In this document: piece by piece, positions 40,120 to 49,423 of the stretch | Numbering within the stretch: the first letter of the stretch is position 1 | Layout: each line of letters opens with the position of its first letter | From: a virus | Length of the DNA: 64,000 nt | Reading direction: 5' to 3' (one strand) | Virus record (IMG/VR): IMGVR_UViG_3300010399_000002 | Span: 50,733 to 114,732 of that record | Notes under the pieces: model-generated | What the model was told of the DNA's origin: nothing | Databases searched by the model: none | What the model saw: only the letters and a program-made list of their open reading frames with translations | Made by a program: the position numbers and the translations under genes

Positions 40120-41418
40120 CTAGTTCCACTTGTCTAATTTTTTACGTTTGTTGAAACCGCCACCGGCTGCAACAGCTGTACTGCCTAGCGACCCGATCCA
40201 CATGAAGGTAATCGATCCACTGGTGTTTGGTGTTACAACCTTATAATTGATCTCATCTGTGCCCGAAGTGATCGTGTCCGTGTGGACTGAATCGTTCTTT
40301 AATCCCGTCTGGGCTGCGGCGTAGCTAAAAGTCTGGGTACCGTCCGCTGTGTTGTCGCGAAATGTCACAACGGTGTCACTGGTCGCGATGGTATTGGCGG
40401 AAACGTAGGCCCCAAATTCTTTCGCCGTAAACGTGAATCGTGGCAGATACTGGGCGTTTATCTCGGTGGCGTTCTGGCTGGAAAATAGGTCGCCGCTTGG
40501 AGCATAATACCTAGTTGTGTTGAAGGATTGCGCTGTACCTGGCTGCGCATCGCTGGACTCAAGAAAAAAGGTTGAGTTAGTAGCGACAAGAGAACTAGAC
40601 ACGATCCGGGCGGTGATAGTGCCCGTCCCGGTGAGGGTGCGGATGAAGTAGTTATAATCGTCCCCCGCCGCCAGGGTGTCGGTATGGGTCGTGTCCTCCT
40701 TTGTGCCCGTCTGGGTGGACGTGTAGGTCACGAGCTGCGCCCCGTCCGCTCCGTTCTTGCGCGTTCCGAAAACGGTGTCAGTGGTGCGGGCGTTGGCCGA
40801 TACCACCACGTTGAAATCTTGAGCTACGACGGCTGCTCTTATACGGTATTTCGTGTTTGCTTCTGTCGTAGTTACTGCTTGGCCTCCGTTCGGCGCAATG
40901 AATGTCGTAGTACTGGCTGTCGAAAAAGATAAGTTCGCACCGGCAAAAAATGTCACACAGTCTGTCGTGGTGGTCGGCGTGAACTGCGCCCCGATCTCTT
41001 TAATGATGATGTTGGTGGAGCCTGCACTGGAGCCTGTGACGATCTGCCAATCGGCCTCGTCGGTGTTGGCATAGGAGACGGAATTGGCGGTGTCTTCCTT
41101 GATCCCGGTTTGGGTCGAGGTATAGCTCACCGTCAGGGCGGTGGCTGCGCGGCTCTTGCGGAGCGTGATGGTGGTTGTCGCTGCGACCGTGTTGGTCGGG
41201 ACATAGACGTACATTTTGCTGAACGTCCCAGCGTCCCGCACCGGCTGTTCCATATTGGCTTCGGTCGTATTCTGAACCAGCGCCCCGGTCAGTGGCGTAT
41301 AGGTAGTGACCGGCTCCAACACCGTCACGGAACCGGCAGCCACCGCTAGAGACACGTCTGCCCAAGAGAGGGCAGCGTAAAGTAGCCCGACACCGAGAAT
41401 ATAGAAACAGCGATTCAT
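40120..41418 (-). CDS. Thr/Ser-rich beta protein with signal-peptide-like N-terminus and three internal repeats
   Basis: MNRCFYILGVGLLYAALSWA-D; repeats YTSTQTGIKEDT / YTSTQTGTKEDT / YAAAQTGLKNDS. Confidence 0.75.
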   Translation of the reverse strand: MNRCFYILGVGLLYAALSWADVSLAVAAGSVTVLEPVTTYTPLTGALVQNTTEANMEQPVRDAGTFSKMYVYVPTNTVAATTTITLRKSRAATALTVSYTSTQTGIKEDTANSVSYANTDEADWQIVTGSSAGSTNIIIKEIGAQFTPTTTTDCVTFFAGANLSFSTASTTTFIAPNGGQAVTTTEANTKYRIRAAVVAQDFNVVVSANARTTDTVFGTRKNGADGAQLVTYTSTQTGTKEDTTHTDTLAAGDDYNYFIRTLTGTGTITARIVSSSLVATNSTFFLESSDAQPGTAQSFNTTRYYAPSGDLFSSQNATEINAQYLPRFTFTAKEFGAYVSANTIATSDTVVTFRDNTADGTQTFSYAAAQTGLKNDSVHTDTITSGTDEINYKVVTPNTSGSITFMWIGSLGSTAVAAGGGFNKRKKLDKWN

Positions 41419-41457
41419 TATGTTAGTACCACGATGATACAAGAACCTGTGTGACCA

Positions 41458-41934
41458 TCAGTTCACAACCACCTTGCCTACACCAAAATTTGTATCGCAG
41501 TACGTGCGGACCTGGTTCTTCTGAGCTGTGGTCAGCGTAACCCCCACCACGCTGATCTCCAGCACGCGGCTCTCACCACTGCCAGTGAATTGCCACGAAA
41601 AGACAATCCCTGGCTTGAACTCCACAGTTCCGCTTGGACCTAACTGGGTCAAACCGAAAGAGCCTGTCTCCTTCAGCAGTTTTTCCACTAGGTTCTTCCG
41701 CTTGCCCTCGCTATTGGTGTTTGCTTGGATCACTCCATAAAGTGCATTGTCTGCCACGGCTGCGTGAGCGGGACACTTGGATACTGGTACGCCGCTCCAG
41801 GTCTGCGCTACATCGTCATGGGTCTCGATGATGATGCACGCACACGTATCTGGACGCCAGCGGTATGTCCGAACGGCGGCGAAGAGAGTGAGTGAGAAAG
41901 CTAGAGCTAAGAAAAATCGTCTGGTTATTTGCAT
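41458..41934 (-). CDS. Hypothetical protein with signal-peptide-like N-terminus
   Basis: MQITRRFFLALAFSLTLFA; WRPDTCAC...CPAH. Confidence 0.7.
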   Translation of the reverse strand: MQITRRFFLALAFSLTLFAAVRTYRWRPDTCACIIIETHDDVAQTWSGVPVSKCPAHAAVADNALYGVIQANTNSEGKRKNLVEKLLKETGSFGLTQLGPSGTVEFKPGIVFSWQFTGSGESRVLEISVVGVTLTTAQKNQVRTYCDTNFGVGKVVVN

Positions 41935-41940
41935 AATTCC

Positions 41941-43296
41941 TTAAAGTCCTGTTGTCTCGATCCACTGATAGTTAATGTCGCAACTCCCACCCGTGAGAGT
42001 TACGCTGTTCAAATTGATTGCAAGCTGTTGAGCTGTACCGCGTAAAGTCACGGACTGACCCATAGCTGGACGCCAGATATAAATGTCGTTCGGAGTAGCA
42101 GTTCCGGCCGCCATAACTCCGATCTTGTGGGCATCGATGTTTCGGACTGTACCGTCATTTATGGTAGGATTGGCTGTGTAAGCCAAAACAGAACTCACTG
42201 CGGCAGCGTTGTTTGTATCCAACGGCCGTCCTGTAATTGTAGTAGACGTTCCGCCGGAATCTGCAGTAGTACGCATCAGCAGCAGAATATCTATAATGCC
42301 TGCGGTAGTAGCCGTACAACTCATCGACACCCACGTGACGATGACTGTATTCGTAGCGTTGCCTGAAAGAACCGCGATGTCGGTTGGAGTAGCGGCTGGA
42401 GCTAATCCTTGCTTACTAGCTGCGTACGTTGTAATGTTCAATGGGAACTGTCCGGCATACAACGTACGATACAGATCTGTAGCCAACGGAGTATTTTTCC
42501 CGGCTAGTCCTGCTGCGGGCACTTGAGCCTGCATCACTGCATCCGTAACAGCCCCTCCAACAGGAACAATCACCGGTCTGAACGATACAATAGCCGCGGC
42601 CCATGGTTCGGAAGTGATTGTAGCTGTAGCTGTAACCGAATCAAGATCTCCTAAAAAACGCGACGCAGCTGCGAAAGAAAATAAACCAGACGGAGTAGTT
42701 GGATTCTGTTGCCCGGAGTCATTGGTGAAACTAGCACCAACGGTAATCGTCTGCGCTGCTGTACCTACACCAAACACTGCAAAGGCATACTCACCTGGAG
42801 CTATGGGTGCAATTGCACCGGTAGATAGAGCCGTACCGGTACCCGTACCAGAATTTGTTTGACTTGAAATCTCTGAACTGAATCTAACTGTGCCTGCAAT
42901 CTCGTAGATCTGAATTGCGATGGATGTAGCTGAACCGCCGTTGTTGCAAGTAACCGTATTAGCTCCGGCAGTAGTGGGCGTGGTCGAAAAGATAGCCACA
43001 TTGAATGCACTGCCGTTGGCAACTTGAACGGCAGAAGTGTACGTGTTACTGCGAGTGTCTGAAATGGTAGGTGCAGTTCCGTTGCCGACGCCGCACGCAA
43101 CGATGATAGTATTACCCGCCCCGTTGTTACTGGTAAAAGCCTTGGCTAGACTGGCGACGTTACCGGAACTCTTGTCCGCGGCTTTTTGGATGATTCGAAC
43201 GGTATCCCAACGATTCACTCTTACCGGTGGAGCATCTTGAGCAGACAGGCCCATTGCAAACAAAACTGCTACTAAAACCTTGTATGTCGTGTTCAT
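41941..43296 (-). CDS. Thr/Ser/Ala-rich beta protein with signal-peptide-like N-terminus
   Basis: MNTTYKVLVAVLFAMGLSA-QD; beta-rich low-complexity body. Confidence 0.75.
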   Translation of the reverse strand: MNTTYKVLVAVLFAMGLSAQDAPPVRVNRWDTVRIIQKAADKSSGNVASLAKAFTSNNGAGNTIIVACGVGNGTAPTISDTRSNTYTSAVQVANGSAFNVAIFSTTPTTAGANTVTCNNGGSATSIAIQIYEIAGTVRFSSEISSQTNSGTGTGTALSTGAIAPIAPGEYAFAVFGVGTAAQTITVGASFTNDSGQQNPTTPSGLFSFAAASRFLGDLDSVTATATITSEPWAAAIVSFRPVIVPVGGAVTDAVMQAQVPAAGLAGKNTPLATDLYRTLYAGQFPLNITTYAASKQGLAPAATPTDIAVLSGNATNTVIVTWVSMSCTATTAGIIDILLLMRTTADSGGTSTTITGRPLDTNNAAAVSSVLAYTANPTINDGTVRNIDAHKIGVMAAGTATPNDIYIWRPAMGQSVTLRGTAQQLAINLNSVTLTGGSCDINYQWIETTGL

Positions 43297-43337
43297 AATG
43301 GGCCTATTGACTTTGATTCTACCACTGAAGCCTCGAA

Positions 43338-44258
43338 CTAATTGGCTGCGGTGTTGAAGACTGCATGTGCATCTGCTGCGTTCTCCTGATCCAAGTTGAC
43401 GATCTCAACACGAAAGCCATCAACCCCACCCGAAGACGTTACAGCTGCAAAATCTCGATGAGGTGGCTTAAACAGCCATGGTTGAGCGGCTTGTCCGCCA
43501 CCGACACCGATTGCTTCCGAACTCTCAACACCGTTGGCGATAAGAAATACTCGAGCACGATAAGTAGTCGAACACCAAACTGTCACTTGCCAGAGCTTCT
43601 GAGTCCCTAGATCCGCGGTATCGAGATTCGCCTCGGCGCCGGCTGCTAGGGCTGACGACACAACGTAATCTGAAACTGGTGTAGTAGGCGTATCCGAACC
43701 GCCACCAGTAATAACGTCAACCTGAAGCCGCCCGGTGTTGGCCGTACGAACACGGTCCCAGGTAGTTCCGTTGTAGCCCATCATGAATCCGCCGACTCCG
43801 GGAACAGTGGGATTGGCTGTAGCATCGGCGAGTACTGCGGCGGCAGGCAACTCGGTGTCCGCTGTAATGGAACCGGATGTAACAGTCACATCGTTATTGG
43901 CTCCTAGATTAACAAGCAAACCGTCAACGGCTGTACCTGGAGCGCGGTCCCATGTGGCGCTATCCCAAACCATCAGAAATGCGCCTACTGCTGGACAAGT
44001 TGGATTGGCAAAGTTGTCCGTCAAAGCTGCGGCGGCAGGCAACTCGGTATCGACAGTAACAGTGCCGGTAATCGTTACGTCATTGTTGGCTCCGAGATTG
44101 ACGAGTGCTCCATCTGCTGTATTACCCGGAGCTCGATCCCAATTTGTGCCGTCAAACAGGAACGGAAAATTTCCGACGATCTGGACGTCGTTGGCTGGAG
44201 CGGGTAGATTGTCTCCACCGAGTGAAGCTCCCCAAATGTAAGATCTCAAATCCGCCAT
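43338..44258 (-). CDS. Putative head fibre/decoration protein with ~64-aa tandem repeats
   Basis: WDRAPG..DG.LVNLGANNDVT...DTELPAAA twice plus a partial third copy. Confidence 0.7.
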   Translation of the reverse strand: MADLRSYIWGASLGGDNLPAPANDVQIVGNFPFLFDGTNWDRAPGNTADGALVNLGANNDVTITGTVTVDTELPAAAALTDNFANPTCPAVGAFLMVWDSATWDRAPGTAVDGLLVNLGANNDVTVTSGSITADTELPAAAVLADATANPTVPGVGGFMMGYNGTTWDRVRTANTGRLQVDVITGGGSDTPTTPVSDYVVSSALAAGAEANLDTADLGTQKLWQVTVWCSTTYRARVFLIANGVESSEAIGVGGGQAAQPWLFKPPHRDFAAVTSSGGVDGFRVEIVNLDQENAADAHAVFNTAAN

Positions 44259-44260
44259 TG

Positions 44261-44503
44261 TTAGGTCTCCTTGGACATACCTGCTGTCCTAATCTTCTGG
44301 TCTAGCACAATAATCTGCCCCTCGGTTTGTTCAATACGTTCCTTCTCCGCAGCAATCTTATCGTGCAGTTCTTCGACGTGTAACTTTGCCTGCTCCACCG
44401 CAACCTCGTACTGCATACGTTGGATCTGCATCCGTCGCAACTCCAACTGACGTGAACGTTCCATCCCATTTGACTCAGCCATCTTTCTTCTCCGCCACCT
44501 CAA
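44261..44503 (-). CDS. Small coiled-coil protein
   Basis: Heptad-rich sequence. Confidence 0.55.
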   Translation of the reverse strand: MRWRRRKMAESNGMERSRQLELRRMQIQRMQYEVAVEQAKLHVEELHDKIAAEKERIEQTEGQIIVLDQKIRTAGMSKET

Positions 44504-44762
44504 CCGGCTGACTTGCTACCATCTCCCCTGTTTGTGGATTGATATTGTATCTGCCTGACAGTCCATACTTCGACAACGTCTTGATGATCCAAGACTGGTA
44601 AGCTTCTTGAACCATAAGCAGATTGTGTGAAGCGGCCTGCATAGCTGCTGAACGCAAACGGAACTCAACCAGATCTCCGGGACCCATCTTCGGATGAACA
44701 ACCGGAGCAGGAACCGAAATTGGAGTTGCCTTAGACTTCTTTGCCTTGATCTTATGTCTCAC
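44475..44762 (-). CDS. Hypothetical protein
   Basis: Overlapping starts and stops in the operon. Confidence 0.55.
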   Translation of the reverse strand: MRHKIKAKKSKATPISVPAPVVHPKMGPGDLVEFRLRSAAMQAASHNLLMVQEAYQSWIIKTLSKYGLSGRYNINPQTGEMVASQPVEVAEKKDG

Positions 44763-45244
44763 GAATCAACCTCATCCCACCATATGGTGGCATATACGTT
44801 AGCCGGATTCTCCGGATCGAGATTTGTTACCGTTACACGGAAGTTCTCATCTACGCCGTTACCAACCAACTTACAGAAGTTCTTATCTGGTGGTCTGAAA
44901 TAGTCGTTGGGATCTTTACTTAGGCCTCCCGTAAACCTCGTACCAAACTCCAACTCAATGGCTCCGTCCCGTGACTTGAAAACCCACTTACAAGCAACTG
45001 AAGATGAAAAGTCTGCGCCGATCAACTTTCCTGTCTTGCTAGCAGCGATGGTTGTACCGTCTAAATCGACTGAGCTTCCAGCTGCAAGATTGTCTGAAGA
45101 TAGAACATCTCGTACCGGATACGCCGCGACTAATGGTGTAAAACGTTCACGGTGTCTTTCCTGACCGTCATACAGAACAACTTCTGTATCGGTCTGTTTA
45201 CCCGAACCTTCCGGGCTGGGCATTCCGATGAAGCCGTCGGCCAT
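44759..45244 (-). CDS. Virion-associated protein sharing a domain with the C-terminus of 43338..44258
   Basis: LAAG...LD...F.PP...F...GVD..FRV...NLD.EN.A shared. Confidence 0.65.
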   Translation of the reverse strand: MADGFIGMPSPEGSGKQTDTEVVLYDGQERHRERFTPLVAAYPVRDVLSSDNLAAGSSVDLDGTTIAASKTGKLIGADFSSSVACKWVFKSRDGAIELEFGTRFTGGLSKDPNDYFRPPDKNFCKLVGNGVDENFRVTVTNLDPENPANVYATIWWDEVDS

Positions 45245-45252
45245 AGCATCCT

Positions 45253-45855
45253 TTACGCGTACGCTGGCAAGTACTGACTACGAATCTGATCGAGAGTCGC
45301 CTTAGGAAACGCTGCAATTCGACTATCCGGACTGGCGTTCACAACAAAAGCGTGATTTGCTGCTAATGACATTACAGTTGTATTGAAATTCCTAGCCCAC
45401 TCTTCGTGCTCGGACTGACCTCGGCCTCTGGATGACCAAGAATAGTCTGGATACCAGCGATCCGTACCGCTGTAATCAAAACCTAACAGAATGATCTGCT
45501 TGGCACCTTTGAGAGCCGCAAGGTTAAGAGCAGCATAACCACTCGTACCGCCAAAATGTACACTACCTTGAACTTCACTCAGACCCAACAACCGAAGACG
45601 AGTAAGATACTGCACACCACGAAACTCGCCGCGTTGATCTGGTGGTATGGCCAAATACCTTTCACCGCCGAACGATTGGATATGTTCCTTGCGATTGGCC
45701 ATCCACATAACGTCTGCTGAAAACAGAGCAGTTGCCCAGGGCAGGTATCGACTGGCGTCGTTGATGGTTACCACCACCTGCCCCCGCAACAACTCGAAGT
45801 CAAAGCTGCGCAGAGACGGGCCTCCTCCTACGAGGAAAACCTTATCCCAGGGCAT
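45253..45855 (-). CDS. Maf/DUF115-like putative glycosyltransferase, third paralog
   Basis: LVGGGPSL, TIND, FSAD..W, TSGYAALNLAALKGAKQIILLGFDY, VVNASPDSRI..FP. Confidence 0.75.
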   Translation of the reverse strand: MPWDKVFLVGGGPSLRSFDFELLRGQVVVTINDASRYLPWATALFSADVMWMANRKEHIQSFGGERYLAIPPDQRGEFRGVQYLTRLRLLGLSEVQGSVHFGGTSGYAALNLAALKGAKQIILLGFDYSGTDRWYPDYSWSSRGRGQSEHEEWARNFNTTVMSLAANHAFVVNASPDSRIAAFPKATLDQIRSQYLPAYA

Positions 45856-46240
45856 TCTCCAACCTCTTTTGCATATCCCGCTTACTGCCTGTAGTATCGA
45901 GCTTCAGCGACTTGCACTTGGCTCGAAGCTGGTTCATGGACATCGAAGCCAGATCCAAAACCTTTTCTTCCTTTGGTTCTGCTTCTTTGACCTGTTGGGC
46001 CGCCTTGCGGACCGGTTGCACGGTCTGCGTGGCTGGCACTACATGAAGGTAACCGGTCCGACACATCTGCAAAGCTATCTGCCTTGCTTGCGAACCGTCC
46101 GATGCCAAATCTCCGAGAGTAATTACATCGCCTGGTTGCTTCTCGACTCCGCTGATCGTAAGTTGTCGAGCTGCTTTGAAGGCAATACTCGGATCATCGA
46201 CATTGATAGACGACACGGCTGGTTGCACCAGCGCTGGCAT
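45842..46240 (-). CDS. Protein with C-terminal SAP/HeH-like domain
   Basis: LASMSMNQLRAKCKSLKLDTTGSKRDMQKRL; directly after the capsid gene. Confidence 0.65.
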   Translation of the reverse strand: MPALVQPAVSSINVDDPSIAFKAARQLTISGVEKQPGDVITLGDLASDGSQARQIALQMCRTGYLHVVPATQTVQPVRKAAQQVKEAEPKEEKVLDLASMSMNQLRAKCKSLKLDTTGSKRDMQKRLENALG

Positions 46241-46255
46241 AGGTACTCCTTTCCT

Positions 46256-47245
46256 TTACGCGACGATGCTGTCGAAGAAATAGCCTAGATCGGCTGAGAT
46301 CTTCTTTTGATCGAACGCCATCTCGATCTCCACCCGATCCGATGCCAGTGCCTCCATACGGAAGCGCTTGATGCGGTTCCCTTGAGCACCGGCGCCGAGA
46401 TGACCTGTCCAGCTGAACGTGTAGCCTGAAGCTGGGGTCATCAACCCGGGTGATGGAGGTGAATAAAAGAGCCCTACCTTTTTCCCACCGATGAAAGAAT
46501 GGGTGGCGGTAGCTGCTCCTTCTTTCGCCGTGTTCTCGATTGACTTCATGATGAACACGCGATCAACCTTGAACAGTGCTGCGATCTCCGTCAGGTCGAC
46601 CATAGCTGGACCGTTGGGAGTCTGCCCGTACTTGACCCGATCGACGAACTGCGGATGGTTGACCAAGTACTTCAGGACCGAGTAACCCATCACGAGCGTG
46701 TTGGGCTCGAAACCGGTAGACTGAAGAACAACTTCCTTACCGGCCCAAATGTTCTCAATGGGCGTGGCGTTGGCATTGTTCCACTGAAGCACCTGACCGG
46801 AGCCCGGAGCTGAAGCGACGCCGGTGATATCCGTAGTCCAGATACCAGTACCGAAGAACTTCGACACGAACAACTTCTCTCTCTTGATCAGAGCCTTCAG
46901 CGTTACAAAGGCTGTTGCTTCCTGATCGAGATTGATAGGTACGTCGGCGTTCGAACGGACCTGATCGGGAATATCCTGGTGGAAAGCGTACAGATGGGCA
47001 AAGTACGTATCGGTACCGGGCTTGTAACCGGAACCGACCGACTCTGTGCTCACCGCACGAACCTCCATCTCGTCCCGGTTCCAGTAAGCGTGGTCGTACG
47101 TGTAATAGCTGTCCGACTGCTTCTGAACGGGAATGTTGGGAAAGACATCGGCCGCAATGAAATTTTTCTGGTCCTGGATATAAGCGACCGAGAAATTCGT
47201 TAGCGGACGGTTGACATGGACATCGCCTGGAGTTGGCAGAGGCAT
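46256..47245 (-). CDS. Major capsid protein
   Basis: DVHVNRPLTNFSVAY.Q...FIA..VFP.IPVQKQS, G..PNTLV, P.SGYTFSW; strongly biased codons. Confidence 0.9.
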   Translation of the reverse strand: MPLPTPGDVHVNRPLTNFSVAYIQDQKNFIAADVFPNIPVQKQSDSYYTYDHAYWNRDEMEVRAVSTESVGSGYKPGTDTYFAHLYAFHQDIPDQVRSNADVPINLDQEATAFVTLKALIKREKLFVSKFFGTGIWTTDITGVASAPGSGQVLQWNNANATPIENIWAGKEVVLQSTGFEPNTLVMGYSVLKYLVNHPQFVDRVKYGQTPNGPAMVDLTEIAALFKVDRVFIMKSIENTAKEGAATATHSFIGGKKVGLFYSPPSPGLMTPASGYTFSWTGHLGAGAQGNRIKRFRMEALASDRVEIEMAFDQKKISADLGYFFDSIVA

Positions 47246-47288
47246 TTATTTTTTCTCCTTTCGTTTTTGAAACTGAACTGCCGACTCC

Positions 47289-47666
47289 TTATGGAGCGAC
47301 TGAACCCCTCTTGTTAAACACCATGGAAACGATCTGTCCAGCTGCGGTAGCTGCTTCCCTGGCACGACCGAGAACGTAATCCCCGGTAGCTGCGGCGATG
47401 GCTCGACCGACTGAATCGGAACCGAGATTGGCGTTCGCGGAGAACGCTGCACCGGCCTCGATCTTTGTCAAACCATCGCCTACCATGACGCAGGCTGCAC
47501 GATCAATTGCTGCTGGATCGTCCTGCAAGACACCGATGGCGTTGGCACCGTCACCAGCGACATCCACGCGGCCGTTGCTGTCCTGATTTACGAATCGATA
47601 CTGCTTGGCTGACAGATCACCGGCGGCGGGGAACGTTAGTGTTTTACCCAGATTCTCTACTGCCAT
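47289..47666 (-). CDS. Capsid cement/decoration protein (DUF2190-like)
   Basis: AAGDL...YRFV, AIGVLQ, SD..GRA, G.A.EAA.AAG. Confidence 0.8.
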   Translation of the reverse strand: MAVENLGKTLTFPAAGDLSAKQYRFVNQDSNGRVDVAGDGANAIGVLQDDPAAIDRAACVMVGDGLTKIEAGAAFSANANLGSDSVGRAIAAATGDYVLGRAREAATAAGQIVSMVFNKRGSVAP

Positions 47667-47695
47667 AAGCGGTTACTCCTTTCTTTGTGATTTGG

Positions 47696-48421
47696 TTACT
47701 GCCTGGTGCTTCCCACTGCTTCGGCAGCCAATTCGGGATTGCGCTCCATGGCCAACGTGTAACCTTTGGCCAAAGTCACCTTCTCGTCCTGGCTGATTTT
47801 CTTGCCGATGGCTTCCAACTTGGCGTGTGGCGTGTTGCCGTTCCCTTCGCCTGGCTGGTCGCTACCTACGGCCTTGGTTAGCTTGCCAAGAGCCGCGTCG
47901 CCGGCCTTCATAAAAGTCACGACCTTCTCGGCTTCGGCTTCTCCGAGCTTGTCGTACAGCGACTTCATGATGAGACCTTTTTCTTCCGGCTTCCCGGGAG
48001 TATTGGGCAACTCGGTCTCGGCCCGCTTCGTGAACTCGATGACCTTCCGGGCATCCGCTTCGCGCTTGGCGATCTCGTTGGCTTCCTTGGCCGAAGTCTC
48101 GGCATCGGTTGCGCGCTTTTCGAGAGCTTCCATGCGCTTCTGGATCTCGGTCGGCACCTTGTTGGCCTTCTCGATAGCTTCGGTCATCTGGTTCTTGCGA
48201 ACCTCCGACGTGGCTTCCAAGAACGCGTCCTGCCCTTCCTCGTTGAGCTTGCTGAAGTACTCCTTCTCAGCGTCGTTCAACTTGGAAATGGCCTCGAATC
48301 GAACAGCAGCGGCCTTGGCGACTTCGAGCTCTTCTCCGATGGTCTCCAACTTCTCGACCTTGGACTCGAGTTCTTCCAAGTGCTTGTCGATCTCTTCGGG
48401 TGTCATATCTTTTGCTGGCAT
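47696..48421 (-). CDS. Capsid scaffolding protein
   Basis: Acidic coiled coil upstream of cement and capsid genes; C-terminal AMERNPEL. Confidence 0.75.
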   Translation of the reverse strand: MPAKDMTPEEIDKHLEELESKVEKLETIGEELEVAKAAAVRFEAISKLNDAEKEYFSKLNEEGQDAFLEATSEVRKNQMTEAIEKANKVPTEIQKRMEALEKRATDAETSAKEANEIAKREADARKVIEFTKRAETELPNTPGKPEEKGLIMKSLYDKLGEAEAEKVVTFMKAGDAALGKLTKAVGSDQPGEGNGNTPHAKLEAIGKKISQDEKVTLAKGYTLAMERNPELAAEAVGSTRQ

Positions 48422-48496
48422 CTGTACTCCTTTCTTTGTTTATCGGATAACTGAAAGAGAACCGGATCTCCGACGGAACCCGATTCGATCTTGGTC

Positions 48497-48805
48497 TTAC
48501 CGACTTGGGTATCTCAAATGGTGGGGCTTGAACCTGGCCTGCAAAGACGAAACACGCTTACTCAATGTCTCGAGTCTCTTCTTGGCCATGTCCTTTTTCT
48601 CGTCCCACGGCACCTCGAGCTTCTCACCTTTGGGCTTCTTCTTTTTCTTGTCTTCTTCCAACTCAGCGGGCTTGGGAGGACCTTCTTTTCCGTAACGCTT
48701 GAACAGAACCACTGGTGCATGTTGGTTGGCTCCGCGGTCGACGAACGAAACCTCGTCCATATCCAACTCGGTGATCTTGTGGACCTTAATCTGCGTGGTA
48801 GCCAT
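48497..48805 (-). CDS. Prohead protease/scaffold-associated small protein
   Basis: L.MDEVSFVDRGAN.HA...LFKR motif typical of head maturation genes; ends with FKPHH. Confidence 0.65.
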   Translation of the reverse strand: MATTQIKVHKITELDMDEVSFVDRGANQHAPVVLFKRYGKEGPPKPAELEEDKKKKKPKGEKLEVPWDEKKDMAKKRLETLSKRVSSLQARFKPHHLRYPSR

Positions 48806-48848
48806 AATCCTCCATCTCAGCCCGTTATTACACTCATGTAACCCCGCC

Positions 48849-48928
48849 TAGGGCCTCACAGGCACTCGTCTCGGATGTTGAATGGTAGTTGGTAAGGGGT
48901 CTGAACCCCCGACTCGTTGTAGAGGCTG
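48849..48928. repeat. Dispersed 80-bp multi-box element, copy 5
   Basis: TAGGGCCTCACAGGCACT-N16-TGGTAGTTG...CGTTGTAGAGGCT. Confidence 0.92.
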
Positions 48929-49423
48929 CTACTTAGTCTTGAAATTGGGTGCGTTCCTACCTGTATGGAACTTTCGTGGACCGCCCTCTACGAACTCAAA
49001 CATACCTTGCGCTCGATCTGTCCCCTGAGTATTAACGTAGAAACGACGATCTTGGTACTCGATAGTAAACTCGTTGCCTTTGGTCTTGTCTTTGAAAGCC
49101 TCATTGGACGTACGCGGAGTAATAGGAACTCCTAACCCGGTTGAGTATGGAACCTTAACAACTGGCTTGGTCTGCAAAGCACTCCACTCTTCATCTGTGA
49201 ACGATGACTGCTTAAATCTTTTTGTATCTTGCCAACCCTGTACACGATCTTCTGTCGGCTTGGTTTTATCTGCAAAAAGACTGGTAGTGTCTTTACTCGC
49301 TCCGATGCCGACTCCACCTGACCCGCCACCCGTTGAACAGAACTGACCTCCGCTATCGTGACAAGTATTCATCTTTTCGATGCGATCATACAACCTCGCA
49401 ATGTGAATACTTGCACTGGCCAC
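48929..49423 (-). CDS. NxCHD..GQF-leader protein with unknown C-terminal domain
   Basis: RIEKMNTCHDSGGQFCSTGGGSGG. Confidence 0.7.
   Translation of the reverse strand: MASASIHIARLYDRIEKMNTCHDSGGQFCSTGGGSGGVGIGASKDTTSLFADKTKPTEDRVQGWQDTKRFKQSSFTDEEWSALQTKPVVKVPYSTGLGVPITPRTSNEAFKDKTKGNEFTIEYQDRRFYVNTQGTDRAQGMFEFVEGGPRKFHTGRNAPNFKTK

Noticed and set aside
48421-48499. Stop-codon readthrough joining 48497..48805 to the scaffold (same frame)
   Set aside because: Two in-frame TAA stops intervene and the scaffold has its own strong AAGGAG RBS.
47766-48695. Long plus-strand ORFs (47766..48695, 30049..30771, 52684..53292, 61638..62297 and others)
   Set aside because: Antisense shadows of well-supported minus-strand genes, with no recognisable motifs.
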